NCBI GenBank assembly: GCA_963705305.1
Contig: OY970067.1
Span: forward strand, 2,144,001-2,208,000
Source of the DNA: an uncultured Methylomirabilota bacterium
GTDB taxonomy: Bacteria > Methylomirabilota > Methylomirabilia > Methylomirabilales > 2-02-FULL-66-22
Length of the DNA: 64,000 nucleotides
Reading direction: 5' to 3'
In this document: piece after piece, positions 10,119 through 20,534 of the stretch
How the letters are laid out: the number at the start of each line of letters is the position of its first letter
How positions within the stretch are numbered: the stretch's first letter is position 1
Notes under the pieces: generated by a model
The model's input: only the letters and a program-made list of their open reading frames with translations
Database searches by the model: none
What the model was told of the DNA's origin: nothing
Program-made: the position numbers and the translations under genes

Positions 10119-11039
10119 TCAGTGCCGCATGAGCACCGCCGCGGCGGGCCGGGACATCTTGCTGTTCTCGTGCGCCGCCCCCTGCACGACCTGGAGTTGC
10201 CACCCGAACGTGCACTTCAGCTCCGTGGCGCGGTGGCCGGCTTCCGTGAAAAAGTTCTGGCCGCGCTCGAAGCGGTAGGCGCCCTGGGCCATCGCCTGCG
10301 GCGTCTTACGGAGCTCTCTGTGGTTGGGGTCCGTGTCCCGGTCGCCGAGCATGAGAATAAATTCCCGACCGAGGCTCGTTTTCAGCGATTCCTCAGTGGC
10401 GGGAGAACCGCCGAGTCCGTAGGGAAAGTTGATGTCGAACCTCGGCATCGTGTACCACCCTGGATTGGCGGCCACCGCTCTGGCATACCGGGCGTCGGGC
10501 AGCAACAGCACGAGGCGATGCACGAACTGGCCGCCTTCGGAGTGGCCGTAGATGAAGTACTTTGCGCTCCGATTGCCGGTCGCCTCCCTGATGGAGTCGA
10601 AGAGATGCTCGATGACGCTGAACGACCACATCGACGCATCCTGAAGCTTGCCGTCCCTGCCGACGACGCTGGCGTAGGAATACCCGCCGCCGCCCCATCG
10701 TTCCGGGTCGAACAGCGGGGCGACCACCATGAATGCGTACTTGTCGGCATGCTCGATCCACGTGTCGCGATAGCCCTTGGCGTTCTTGCCATGGCCGTGC
10801 ATGACGAAGACGATCGGCGCCGCGTCCGGCTTGAGCCCCCTGGGCAGGTACGTGTAGACGGTGATCTCCTTCGACGGGTCGCCTTTCTCGTCTACGAAGG
10901 AGAAGCTGCCGGGTCCCGCGGCGATCCTGATCGTGGGGCCGGCAGCCGACACGGTCTGTGACCATATCAGCGTCCACACGAAAAGCACCAGCATCGGCCT
11001 GCACAGATGCGCGCGAGAAAGAAGATGTCTCACGGGCAT
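10119..11039 (-). CDS. Secreted alpha/beta hydrolase (esterase)
   Basis: PIVFVMHG, nucleophile elbow GHSEGGQ, C-terminal His; N-terminal hydrophobic signal. Confidence 0.8.
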   Translation of the reverse strand: MPVRHLLSRAHLCRPMLVLFVWTLIWSQTVSAAGPTIRIAAGPGSFSFVDEKGDPSKEITVYTYLPRGLKPDAAPIVFVMHGHGKNAKGYRDTWIEHADKYAFMVVAPLFDPERWGGGGYSYASVVGRDGKLQDASMWSFSVIEHLFDSIREATGNRSAKYFIYGHSEGGQFVHRLVLLLPDARYARAVAANPGWYTMPRFDINFPYGLGGSPATEESLKTSLGREFILMLGDRDTDPNHRELRKTPQAMAQGAYRFERGQNFFTEAGHRATELKCTFGWQLQVVQGAAHENSKMSRPAAAVLMRH

Positions 11040-11629
11040 GAAGTCCTCACAGAATAACAGCCCATCTGCTGAACCCGTCTGGACTCTGGAAACACAAGGA
11101 CTTACAGAGGGGGACTGACGAAGTGGGGATGTTATATGCTTTTCGCATAACACCCCGTGGATTGCAGGAGAGCAATCGGGCGAACCATCAGTGGGAGTGT
11201 ATCGCCGGGCTCACGGGCTGTCAACCACAATCCCGCCCCGTCGCAGCAGCCTGGCCGCTTACCAAACATGTTGACAGGCCGGACCGCAGGAGGCACCGGT
11301 GTGGAGAATTACACTCCCATTACCACAGGTTACGGCGCGCCCGCGCGGCGGGATGGCTGCGGAAGAATTGTTCCGGGAATGGCCAATTCTCCTCTGGCAT
11401 GCAAATCGTGCGCTTCCCTACAAATCGCACGGTGGCATCAACATTTTGGTGAACGGCTAGCGCAGGAACAGGAGGGGCGGAAAATATTCCCTGTAGGGCG
11501 TTGTTGACGGAGTGGAATTATCTGCCCGCCGTCCGCCGGGCGACGGGTAGGACGCGAGGTGCGGTCACCTGGGGCATCGACTAGAGAGGTGGAAGACTCC
11601 ACCGCCCGCCCGGTCGAGGTGGACGCTTC

Positions 11630-12520
11630 TCAGAGGCCGATCCCCTGGCTGAGGAATACGACGGCCGAGAAGAAGACGCAGTAATAGCCGAAGTATCTCC
11701 AGCGGCCCCGCTCCAGCCAGGAGGACAGCCACCACAGCGCCACCAGCCCCGCCAGGAAGCTGCCGCACATGCCGAGAACCCCCGGCAAGATCAGGGCGGT
11801 CGGGCTGGCGCCCGTGATCGCATGGACGCCGGAGGCTCTGAGGAGCCGCCGAAGCTCCAGCACGATCACGGGCGGCGTCAGGAGCACCGCCAGAGCGAAG
11901 CTGAAGTCTTCCGCCAGATCTCGGCGAATGCCATAAAGCAGCGCGGCGGAGATCGTGCCCCCGGACCGCGAGAATCCCCGGAACGGGAGGCAGAGCCCCT
12001 GAATCGTTCCGACCAGGACGGACGACACCACATTGAGACCAGCGGGTTTCTCCGCGTTCTCCCAGATCCCTGCCGCGATGATCAGCAGTCCGCCCGCGAG
12101 GAGCGCCGCGCCGATCAAAGGCAGGTTCCGAAAGAGCTGCTCCACCTCTCCGTGCGGATATCCAAGCGCTCCTTCCAGGATCCCCTGCTCGATGATGATT
12201 TTCATGGCCAGCCCGAGGACTCCCGTGCACGCGGTCGCGAGAATGATCATCTTCAAGAAGTGGCCCTTCTCGATGTTGCCCGCCGCATCGGGCGTCACTT
12301 CCGCTGGTGCCAGCAAGCGCTTCCAGCGCCGCCAGAAGTAAATCAGCACCGAGAACATCGTTCCCGTATGCAGCATGACGAGCAGGAACGTCATCTCGGG
12401 CGACCCGGGATCGAGCCCCATGAGACGCTCTGCCACGATGACGTGGGCCGAGCTGGAGACCGGCAAGAGCTCTGTCAGTCCTTGAATCCCCGCCAGGATC
12501 ATGATCTGCAGGACATGCAT
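11630..12520 (-). CDS. uppP: Undecaprenyl-diphosphate phosphatase
   Basis: QGLTELLPVSSSAH and GFSRSGGTI BacA motifs. Confidence 0.92.
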   Translation of the reverse strand: MHVLQIMILAGIQGLTELLPVSSSAHVIVAERLMGLDPGSPEMTFLLVMLHTGTMFSVLIYFWRRWKRLLAPAEVTPDAAGNIEKGHFLKMIILATACTGVLGLAMKIIIEQGILEGALGYPHGEVEQLFRNLPLIGAALLAGGLLIIAAGIWENAEKPAGLNVVSSVLVGTIQGLCLPFRGFSRSGGTISAALLYGIRRDLAEDFSFALAVLLTPPVIVLELRRLLRASGVHAITGASPTALILPGVLGMCGSFLAGLVALWWLSSWLERGRWRYFGYYCVFFSAVVFLSQGIGL

Positions 12521-12735
12521 TTTGCGCGTCTCCCGAACCCCGAGCAAGCAGGACAGGATCGAACGAGCACCGGGGCCCTCAGGCCCAAGACGGTAGCAGG
12601 CTACCGGAAGAAGGTGCGCGGGTCAATGGAAGCGGTCAAGGCGCTCAGTTCGAGGCCGCCTCGGCTCCGCGGATATAGCAATTCTGCGCAATGAGAGGAG
12701 AAGTTTCTGCCGGGATGAAGGGTCAGGCGACTGGC

Positions 12736-13371
12736 TCAATGCTGGCGGACGTGGGCCAGTGCCGCCGTCAAGCCCAGTCCGATATACACGCTGCCGACCA
12801 CGTAGCGCCCTGCCCCCGCGACCGCGGGAGAACGCTTGAGCCACTGCCCGACGGTACCTGCCAACAGCGCATACATGGTGTCGCTGACCATGGCCAGCAT
12901 GATGAAGAGGCATCCCAGGAGGAACATTTGTCCGGCGATGGCGCCTCGGGACGGGTCGACAAATTGCGGCAAGAAGGCGACAAAGAAGAGAGCGGTCTTC
13001 GGATTCAGCGCCGCCACCAGCACCCCTTGCGAAAAGATCCGCCGAAGGCTGTGTGGGCGGCCGTTGCCGGCCACGTGCATAGCCTCGCGGATGAACAGCT
13101 TCCGAAGGCCAAGGTAGGCCAGATAGGCGGCACCCAGGTACTTCACAACCGAGAAGGCGAGGGCAGACGAAAGGAGCAGGGCGGACAACCCGAGGGTCGC
13201 CGCAATGACATGCGAGAAGTTGCCAACCTCAATCGCGCACACCGACACGAGGCCCGCCCGCCGGCCCTGGTCCACGCTCCGGGCAATGATGTACAGGACC
13301 GCCGGCCCGGGGGTGAGCAGCAAAATCACCGATGCGAGCATGAACAGGGACAGATGCGTGAGATCCGGCAC
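12736..13371 (-). CDS. LysE/RhtB family amino acid exporter
   Basis: TPGPAVLYI, GAAYLAYLG, LNPKTALFF; RBS AAGGAG before GTG. Confidence 0.92.
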   Translation of the reverse strand: MPDLTHLSLFMLASVILLLTPGPAVLYIIARSVDQGRRAGLVSVCAIEVGNFSHVIAATLGLSALLLSSALAFSVVKYLGAAYLAYLGLRKLFIREAMHVAGNGRPHSLRRIFSQGVLVAALNPKTALFFVAFLPQFVDPSRGAIAGQMFLLGCLFIMLAMVSDTMYALLAGTVGQWLKRSPAVAGAGRYVVGSVYIGLGLTAALAHVRQH

Positions 13372-13857
13372 AGGGTATCTCCTTGGCTGGTGACGGGACA
13401 GCCCGAAGGCGAACGTCGCAATGCCTCACGTTCTTCGAGAAGTGTCCAAAGAGTCCTTCGGCTATTTGATCGGAGGCTACCGAGGAGCGTGGGCGGTGTC
13501 AATCAGAAACGCCGAAGCACTCCCCGCACCGGCGGCACGGAGGCTTCGGATATCGGATACAGGATGAAGAGGTAGGGGTCTAGCGAGTCTTGGGAGCGAT
13601 CGGCGCGGCGCCGGGCCGTCCTGGCGGACAGGGTTTTGACGGGGGGGGCGAGAGCGCGCGTCGTTCGAGTTCCCTCTGGCACGCCGGGCGGAGCGGCTTC
13701 CGACGGGTTGCAAATCCTCCGTGATCTATCCGCGCGAACCAGTTCGGGCAGGCGGTTTCCTTCGCTCCCTGCCTGTGTTATGATCCGTGAACGCGGCTCG
13801 AAACCGCTGTGAGGGCGGGCGGGCAGCGCGATCGGGGACTGTGCGAAGGAGGCGTGA

Positions 13858-14997
13858 GTGGCTGCCAGGCGAGCGCAGGACATTTCTCCGTTCCTGGTCA
13901 TGGAGGTGTTGGAGCGCGCCGGGGAGTTGGAGGCCAAGGGGGACCAGATCGTCCACCTCGAGATCGGCGAGCCAGACTTTCCGACGCCGGCCTGCATCCA
14001 GGAGGCGGCGGTCCGGGCCCTGCGCGAGGGGAAGACCGGCTACACCCACAGCCTGGGGATCCTCCCCCTCCGCGAGGCCATCGCCGAGCACTACTTCACG
14101 GAGTACGGGGTCCAAGTGTCGCCCGAGCGGATCCTGGTGACGGCCGGCACCTCGCCGGCCATGTGGATGATCTGTTCGGCCCTCCTCGAGCCGGGCGACC
14201 AGGTCATCCTGTCCGATCCGCGCTACGCCTGCTATGCCAACTTCATCCAGTTCTGTGGCGGCGAGTCGGCGAGCGTGGACGTGTTCGAGGAAGATGGGTT
14301 TCAGTTCCGGCCCGAGGCCGTCCGGCAGCGGCTGGGAGCTCGCACCCGGGCGATCCTGATCAATTCACCGGCCAACCCGACCGGAACGCTGCTCTCGGCA
14401 GAGCGGATGGCGGCGCTGGCCGAGCTGGGGTGCCTGCTGATCTCGGACGAGATCTACCACGGCCTCGTGTACGAAGGACGGGCCCACTCCATCCTGGAGT
14501 TCACCGACCGCGCCGTAGTGTTGAACGGCTTCTCCAAGGCGTACGCCATGACCGGCTGGCGTCTGGGCTATGCCATCGTTCCCCCCGAGATGATCCGCCC
14601 GCTTCAGAAGATGCACCAGAACTTCTTCATCTCGGCCAACGCCTTCGTCCAGGCCGCCGGCATCGCCGCGTTGCGCGAGGGGGGGCCGGAGACGGCCCGC
14701 ATGCGGGCCGTGTACGACGAGCGCCGGCGCTTCATCATCCCGGGGCTGCGGCGGTTGGGGTTCGGCATCGCCTGCGAGCCGACCGGCGCTTTCTACGTTC
14801 TGGCCAACGCCAAGCGCTTCACATCGGATTCCCTGTCCTTTGCCTTCGATATCCTAGAGCGGGCCAAGGTCGGGGTGGCGCCAGGCGTGGATTTCGGTCC
14901 GAATGGCGAGGGCTACCTGCGTTTTTCGTATGCGAACTCCATGGAGAATCTGGCCGAGGCCCTGAAACGGTTGGAGGCTTTCCTGGCAGCGCGGTGA
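13858..14997 (+). CDS. PLP-dependent class I/II aminotransferase (aspartate aminotransferase-like)
   Basis: IGEPDF, NSPANPTG, SDEIY, GFSKAYAMTGWRLGY. Confidence 0.92.
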   Translation: MAARRAQDISPFLVMEVLERAGELEAKGDQIVHLEIGEPDFPTPACIQEAAVRALREGKTGYTHSLGILPLREAIAEHYFTEYGVQVSPERILVTAGTSPAMWMICSALLEPGDQVILSDPRYACYANFIQFCGGESASVDVFEEDGFQFRPEAVRQRLGARTRAILINSPANPTGTLLSAERMAALAELGCLLISDEIYHGLVYEGRAHSILEFTDRAVVLNGFSKAYAMTGWRLGYAIVPPEMIRPLQKMHQNFFISANAFVQAAGIAALREGGPETARMRAVYDERRRFIIPGLRRLGFGIACEPTGAFYVLANAKRFTSDSLSFAFDILERAKVGVAPGVDFGPNGEGYLRFSYANSMENLAEALKRLEAFLAAR

Positions 14998-15029
14998 AAC
15001 GCCCGACTGCTCGGGCAGGCGGCCGCCGG

Positions 15030-15223
15030 TAGCAGGCTGCCGAAAAAGGCCCATCTGCGGACACCCGGCCTTCGGCCGGGTACCCCGCGCTCCCGCGACG
15101 CTGCGACGTACCCGTAAGTACGCCTCGCGTCTGCACCCATCCTCACGGATGGGTACCCGGCGCGCCGCCTTGCATCTGGACCTTTTTGAGCAGCCTGGGG
15201 GAAAGTGGGTTTTTCAGCAGCCC
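15030..15223. repeat. Palindromic MITE/REP-like element, copy A
   Basis: CAGGCTGCCGAAAAAGG...CCTTTTTGAGCAGCCTG inverted ends; homologous to 35348-35560; holds two CACCC..GGGTACCC hairpins. Confidence 0.8.
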
Positions 15224-15306
15224 GGTCGGAGAGAGGAGGAACGAGGATGCGCCGTTCGAGGGGACGGGTGCCGGCTTCCAGCCGGCACCGCGGGGGGAGC
15301 AGCGCC

Positions 15307-16743
15307 ATGATCAGGACCAGCGCCAGCTACAGTATCACCATGCGTGTGGAGATCCAGAATCGGCCCGGGATGCTGGGCCGGGTGACATCCGCCATCGGGA
15401 AGGCGGGGGGCGACATCGGGGCGGTGGACATCGCAGGGTTCGGCAAGGACACCATCATCCGGGACGTCACCGTGAACGCCCGCGACGAGGAGCACAAGAC
15501 TGCCATCACCAAGGCCGTGGGGAAGGTCTCCGGCGTGAAGGTGGTGAACGTGTCCGACCGGACCTTCCTGGCCCACCTGGGCGGGAAGATCACGGTGAAC
15601 TCCAAGCGGCCGATCAAGACACGGAACGACCTCTCCATGGTCTACACGCCGGGGGTGGCCCGCGTCTGCTTGGCCATCCACGAGGATCCGAAGCGGGCGC
15701 ACCAGCTCACCATCAAGAAAAACACGGTGGCGGTGATCACCGACGGGTCGGCGGTGCTGGGGCTGGGAAACATCGGCCCGGCCGCGGCCATGCCGGTCAT
15801 GGAGGGGAAGGCGGCCCTGTTCAAGGAATTCGGCGGCGTGGATGCTTTTCCCATCTGCCTGGACACGCAAGACCCGGACGAGATCGTGCGGACCGCCACC
15901 CTCATCGCCCCGGCTTTCGGCGGCATCAACCTGGAGGACATCTCGGCCCCCCGCTGCTTCGACATCGAGGAGCGCCTGCAGCGCGAGGTGAATATCCCCG
16001 TGTTCCACGACGACCAGCACGGCACGGCGGTGGTGGTGCTGGCCGCCCTGCTTAACGCCCTGCGGATCGTCAAGAAGCGGCTGCCGGATCTGAAGGTCGT
16101 CATCAGCGGCATCGGAGCCTCGGGGGTGGCCTGCACAAGGATCTTCCTGGAGATGGGGGTTCGCCAGATCATCGGACTGGATACCAAGGGGGCGTTGTAC
16201 CGCGGGCGCAGGGAGAATATGAACCCGATCAAGGAGTGGTACGCGCGCGCCACCAATCCCCGGAATCTCAAGGGGGACGTGACCAAGGTCATCGGGGGCG
16301 CCGATTTCTATCTGGGCCTGTCCGGGCCGGGGACGCTGCCGCTCAGGGCGGTCAAGAAGATGGGTAAGAATCCCATCGTGTTCGCCATGGCCAATCCGGT
16401 CCCCGAGATCATGCCCGAGGAGGCCTCCCCCTACGTGCGGGTCATGGCCACCGGCCGCTCCGACTACCCGAACCAGATCAACAACGTCTGCTGCTTTCCC
16501 GGTTTCTTCCGCGGGCTCCTGGACGCCCGGGCCTCGCACGTGAACTCGGCGATGAAGAGCGCGGCGGCCAAGGCCCTGGCGGGGCTGGTCGGGGCGCGGG
16601 AGCTGAACGAAGAGTACATCACCCCCAGCGTGTTCGACGCGCGGATCGTGCCGGCCGTCGCCGGCGCGGTGGCCGAGGCGGCCTACCGCACCGGAGCGGC
16701 GCGCCGGGCGCGCAAGTCCGTCGCGAGCTACCCGTCGGTGTGA
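15307..16743 (+). CDS. NAD(P)-dependent malic enzyme with N-terminal ACT domain
   Basis: NRPGMLG ACT motif; YTPGVA, TDGSAVLGLG, FHDDQHGTA, ATGRSDYPNQINN. Confidence 0.93.
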   Translation: MIRTSASYSITMRVEIQNRPGMLGRVTSAIGKAGGDIGAVDIAGFGKDTIIRDVTVNARDEEHKTAITKAVGKVSGVKVVNVSDRTFLAHLGGKITVNSKRPIKTRNDLSMVYTPGVARVCLAIHEDPKRAHQLTIKKNTVAVITDGSAVLGLGNIGPAAAMPVMEGKAALFKEFGGVDAFPICLDTQDPDEIVRTATLIAPAFGGINLEDISAPRCFDIEERLQREVNIPVFHDDQHGTAVVVLAALLNALRIVKKRLPDLKVVISGIGASGVACTRIFLEMGVRQIIGLDTKGALYRGRRENMNPIKEWYARATNPRNLKGDVTKVIGGADFYLGLSGPGTLPLRAVKKMGKNPIVFAMANPVPEIMPEEASPYVRVMATGRSDYPNQINNVCCFPGFFRGLLDARASHVNSAMKSAAAKALAGLVGARELNEEYITPSVFDARIVPAVAGAVAEAAYRTGAARRARKSVASYPSV

Positions 16744-16803
16744 GGGGGGGCAGGCCCGGAGACGGGATCCGAGGCGCCCCATGGACAATAAAGGAGAAAC
16801 GCG

Positions 16804-17187
16804 ATGAGCTGGCAATTTGATCACGCCCACTTCAAGTGCAGCGATCCCGAGAAGACCGTGGCATTCTTCAAGGAGCACTTCGGCGCCGCGGAGGTTTCCC
16901 GGTGGGAGGCGAACGGGATGCCCATCGTAACCATGGACATCGGCGGCCTGTGGTACAATTTTTCCCCCAAGCGGGCCAACGAGGTCGTGGATCAGGGCTC
17001 GGGCACGGTGCGCTACGGCGTCTATCACCTCGGCCTGCGGACCAAGGATCTGGCCGCCGAGGTGGCCCGGATGAAGGCGCGGGGGGTCGCGTTCACGCAG
17101 GAGCTGAAGCAGGTGAACCCCAAGACGAAGGCCGCCTTCATCCAGGGGCCGGATGGCATCTCGATCGAGATCCTGCAGCGGGACTAG
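16804..17187 (+). CDS. VOC/glyoxalase family protein
   Basis: FDHAH, YHLGL, FIQGPDGISIEI; RBS AAGGAG. Confidence 0.88.
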   Translation: MSWQFDHAHFKCSDPEKTVAFFKEHFGAAEVSRWEANGMPIVTMDIGGLWYNFSPKRANEVVDQGSGTVRYGVYHLGLRTKDLAAEVARMKARGVAFTQELKQVNPKTKAAFIQGPDGISIEILQRD

Positions 17188-17218
17188 CGTCCCGTCCCTG
17201 AAAATTGGGCAATAGGTT

Positions 17219-17479
17219 CACCGCCCCCGCGGCCGCCCCTCTGAGCCCTGGGACCACACCCACCCATTCGGGCGGGTACCCGGTACCGCTCGACCTGCAC
17301 CCAGCCTAGCGGCCGGGTACCCGGGCGCCGCCGCCCTCGGAAGGGCGCGTCGCGCCGTGGGCGGGAGAAGGTGGCTCACGGCGAGTCCCCCATAGCCACG
17401 GCGTCCCGAAACCGGCCGACGGGTACCCAACCGTCAGGTTGGGTGCGGTCCGGGCTTTCGGGCCGCCCCCGGGGCGGTG
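17219..17479. repeat. Composite palindromic intergenic element with three CACCC-N4-loop-N4'-GGGTACCC hairpins
   Basis: Outer IR CACCGCCCC/GGGGCGGTG; units at 17257-17281, 17298-17322 and (inverted) 17421-17445. Confidence 0.65.
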
Positions 17480-17612
17480 TTTCTTAATGCGAACCATTGA
17501 GACGGGACACTGGGAGACCGCGGTGTCTGTCTACCCGCAGTCGGCCACTGGCTGAAGAGCAAAGGGAGGGGAGCGGCGTAGCGGGCGCCTTCCCCCGCCA
17601 TCGAGGACGGCA

Positions 17613-18302
17613 ATGACAGCTGCCAGGCGAGCCGCCCAGACGGCTGGCAAGAGTGGCAAGGCGGCTGCCGGCCCGCTCCAGGGCCGGCTGCAAGAGATCC
17701 TCCGGATCCTCCAGCGGACGTATCCGCAGGCGCGCTGCGAGCTGGATTTCCACACGCCCCTGGAGCTCCTGGTGGCGACGATCCTCTCGGCGCAGTGCAC
17801 CGATGCCCGCGTCAACCAGGTGACGCCGGCCCTCTTCAAGAAGTACCGCACCGCCAAGGCCTATGCCGAGGCGGACCCGGATGCATTCGAGCAAGAGATC
17901 CGGACCACCGGATTCTTCCGCAGCAAAGCCAAGAACATCATCGGATGCTGCCGAGACCTCGCCACGCGCTTCGGGGGGCACGTCCCCCGCACCATGGAAG
18001 AGCTGGTGACCCTGCCGGGCGTGGGCCGCAAGACCGCGAACATCCTCCTGTACAACGCCTACGGCCTGCCGGGATTCGGTGTGGACACCCACGTGGTCCG
18101 GGTGACCAACCGCCTGGGGCTGGTGGACACGGAGGACCCGGAGAAGATCGAGGCCGCCATCTGCAAGGTCCTCCCACCCGAGGCGTGGGGGCAGGCGACC
18201 CACTTGTTCATCTTCCACGGCCGCCGGACCTGCCAGGCCAAACAGCCGCGCTGCCCCCAGTGCGACGTACGGTCCTTGTGCCCCTGGCCTGGAAAGCCGT
18301 GA
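17613..18302 (+). CDS. nth: Endonuclease III
   Basis: LSAQCTDARVN, HhH LPGVGRKTAN, VDTHV, C-terminal C-x6-C-x2-C-x5-C. Confidence 0.95.
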   Translation: MTAARRAAQTAGKSGKAAAGPLQGRLQEILRILQRTYPQARCELDFHTPLELLVATILSAQCTDARVNQVTPALFKKYRTAKAYAEADPDAFEQEIRTTGFFRSKAKNIIGCCRDLATRFGGHVPRTMEELVTLPGVGRKTANILLYNAYGLPGFGVDTHVVRVTNRLGLVDTEDPEKIEAAICKVLPPEAWGQATHLFIFHGRRTCQAKQPRCPQCDVRSLCPWPGKP

Positions 18303-18449
18303 CCGACGCCGGGCGGCCCGGCTGCCGGGGATGATCGAAGGGCCCGGAGAGGAATCACGACTGCTGGAATCCCCTTGACAGCCGGGAATCCAGCGGTGTA
18401 GATACAGCCGTGACATCCCCTCCATGCGGACGTCACAGACTGATCCCTC

Positions 18450-18480
18450 GCCTCCCCGACTCGTGGGGAGGCTTTTCTCT
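18450..18480 (+). terminator. Intrinsic terminator-like hairpin upstream of the Fe-S operon
   Basis: GCCTCCCC-gactcgt-GGGGAGGC followed by TTTTCTCT. Confidence 0.6.
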
Positions 18481-18642
18481 CTCCACCCGTCCGCAGCGGG
18501 GTCACCGTTATGGCCACCAGCTGATCTGCCGGTCCGTGAAAGGTGCGGCCGCTCGGGGCCCGCGGGAGTCGATCCGGTTCTGACGTCTCTCCAGCCATGG
18601 CGCCGATCGGCCTGAAACGAGGATACGGGAAGGGGGGCAGCA

Positions 18643-19134
18643 ATGGCAAAGGTCCTAGTGATCCATCCGGAGCGGTGTACGGCCTGCCGGGCCTGCGAGC
18701 TGGCCTGCTCCATGAAGCATCACGGCGAATTCAATCCCAGCCGCTCCAGAATCCAGGTGAATATCTTCCTCGAAGACGCCATGTATATCCCCACGGCATG
18801 CACGCAATGCGACCAGGCGTGGTGCGCCAAGATCTGCCCGACCAACGCGATCGTACGGGATCCGGCGACGATGGCGTATCAGGTCCTGAACGACAAGTGC
18901 GTCGGCTGCAAGATGTGCGTGCTGGCCTGCCCGTTCGGGAGCATTGTTCTCTTTCCCGAGAGGGGGAAGGCCGAGAAGTGCGACCACTGCCTGTCCGTCG
19001 ACGGCGACCCCGAGTGCGTGAAGTTCTGCACCCCCAAGGCGTTGGAGTATCTGGACGAGGACAGCGAGGTGCGGATGCGGCAGATGGCGACGGCGCAGAA
19101 GCTTCGGGAGACCTACAAAGAGGTGGCCGCCTAG
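18643..19134 (+). CDS. 4x[4Fe-4S] electron-transfer subunit (DmsB/HydN/AorA-like)
   Basis: CTACRACELAC, CTQCDQAWCAKICP, CVGCKMCVLACP, KCDHC...ECVKFC. Confidence 0.9.
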   Translation: MAKVLVIHPERCTACRACELACSMKHHGEFNPSRSRIQVNIFLEDAMYIPTACTQCDQAWCAKICPTNAIVRDPATMAYQVLNDKCVGCKMCVLACPFGSIVLFPERGKAEKCDHCLSVDGDPECVKFCTPKALEYLDEDSEVRMRQMATAQKLRETYKEVAA

Positions 19135-19174
19135 CGGGCGGCGGACGGCACCGGCCGAGCAGGAAAGTAGGTTC

Positions 19175-20509
19175 ATGGCCAGGGCAACGAAGAAGCACCA
19201 TGTGATCGTCGGGGCCAGCGCGGCCGGGTTGGCGGCCTTGGAGGCGATCCGGTCGGTGGACCGGGAGTGTGAGATCACTGTCCTTTCCAAGGAAAAGGCC
19301 CCGCTGTATTCCCGGGTGGGCCTCACGCATTTCCTGGACGGCACCGTGAAGGTCGCGGGGATGAATACCCACGGGCCGGAGTACTTCGCCCGGCTGGATG
19401 CGCGCCTGCTGGCCGGGGTGGCCGCCGTCCAGGTGGCGCCGAAGGCCAGAACGGTGAGGCTGTCCAACAGGAGGACGCTGAAGTACGACACCCTGCTAAT
19501 CGCCAGCGGGTCATCGGCGGTGATCCCGCCCATCAAGGGCGTGCACCTGCGAGGGGTCCACCCCTGCATCACACGGGCCGACGCCATTGCTATCCATCGG
19601 GGCCTGGCGCGAGCCCGGCGGGTCGTCGTCATCGGCGCCGGGCTCATCGGCATCCAGGCGGCGGATGCCATGGTGAAGCGGAAACGGAAAATCGCCCTGG
19701 TCGAGCAGATGCCCCACGTCATGCCGGCCATGGTGGATGCGACCGCAGCGCGGCTCTTCGAGGACCTCCTGCGTGAGCACGGCCACGTGGTGCGGACCGG
19801 CATCCGGGCTGCAGAGCTGGCGGGCAAGGCCGGCCGGGTGGCCGGGGTCCGGCTGGAGGACGGCACGTTCCTGCCCTGCCAGATGTGCATCATGGCCGTC
19901 GGCGTCCGCCCCAACGTCGAGTTCCTGGAGGGGACCACGATCCAGCGGAAGCAAGGGGTGCTGGTGGATGCGCACCAGCAGACCAGCATCAAGCGCATCT
20001 TCGCTGCCGGCGACGTGGCCGAGACCAGCGACATGTTCACCGGCCAGCGTGTGGTGATCGCGATCTGGCCGGAAGCCCTCAACCAGGGGCGGGTGGCGGG
20101 TCTCAACATGGCCGGGGTGCCCACGCGGTACGAGGGCTCGATGGCCATGAACACGACCTCGGTCCTGGGGCTCCCCATCGCGTCATTAGGGTTGTGGCAG
20201 GAGACGGACCAGTCCGAATACCGGATTCATGCCAGGCTGGATGAGGACCAGCGCACCTATCGCAAGCTGGTTTACAAGGACGGCCAGTTGGTCGGGGCCA
20301 TCCTGGTGGGCCCCAACATGAACGCGGAGGCGGGGATCCTCCACAATTTCATCCGCACCCGCCAGTCCTTCACGGTCTCGCCGGATCAGCTGGCGGCAGG
20401 ACCGATCTCGTGGGGGCGGATCTTGCGGGACAATCGACTGGCCGGAAGCGCGTGCGGCGGGGCGCTCGCGACTTCGGGCGCGTGGGGCGCCCGAGTTCCT
20501 CCAGGATAA
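19175..20509 (+). CDS. FAD/NAD(P)-dependent oxidoreductase (NirB/rubredoxin reductase/AorC-like)
   Basis: IVGASAAG, IGAGLIG, IFAAGDVAE motifs. Confidence 0.88.
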   Translation: MARATKKHHVIVGASAAGLAALEAIRSVDRECEITVLSKEKAPLYSRVGLTHFLDGTVKVAGMNTHGPEYFARLDARLLAGVAAVQVAPKARTVRLSNRRTLKYDTLLIASGSSAVIPPIKGVHLRGVHPCITRADAIAIHRGLARARRVVVIGAGLIGIQAADAMVKRKRKIALVEQMPHVMPAMVDATAARLFEDLLREHGHVVRTGIRAAELAGKAGRVAGVRLEDGTFLPCQMCIMAVGVRPNVEFLEGTTIQRKQGVLVDAHQQTSIKRIFAAGDVAETSDMFTGQRVVIAIWPEALNQGRVAGLNMAGVPTRYEGSMAMNTTSVLGLPIASLGLWQETDQSEYRIHARLDEDQRTYRKLVYKDGQLVGAILVGPNMNAEAGILHNFIRTRQSFTVSPDQLAAGPISWGRILRDNRLAGSACGGALATSGAWGARVPPG

Positions 20510-20534
20510 CCCGGCTGCGGGGCGGGGCACCGTC

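Noticed and set aside
13547..13570. 7-bp repeat run CGGATAT-CGGATAC-AGGATGA
   Set aside because: Degenerate, with no matching inverted arm found.
15062..17445. CRISPR-like array made of the GGGTACCC hairpins
   Set aside because: Units are dispersed, in both orientations and irregularly spaced; no cas genes in the window.
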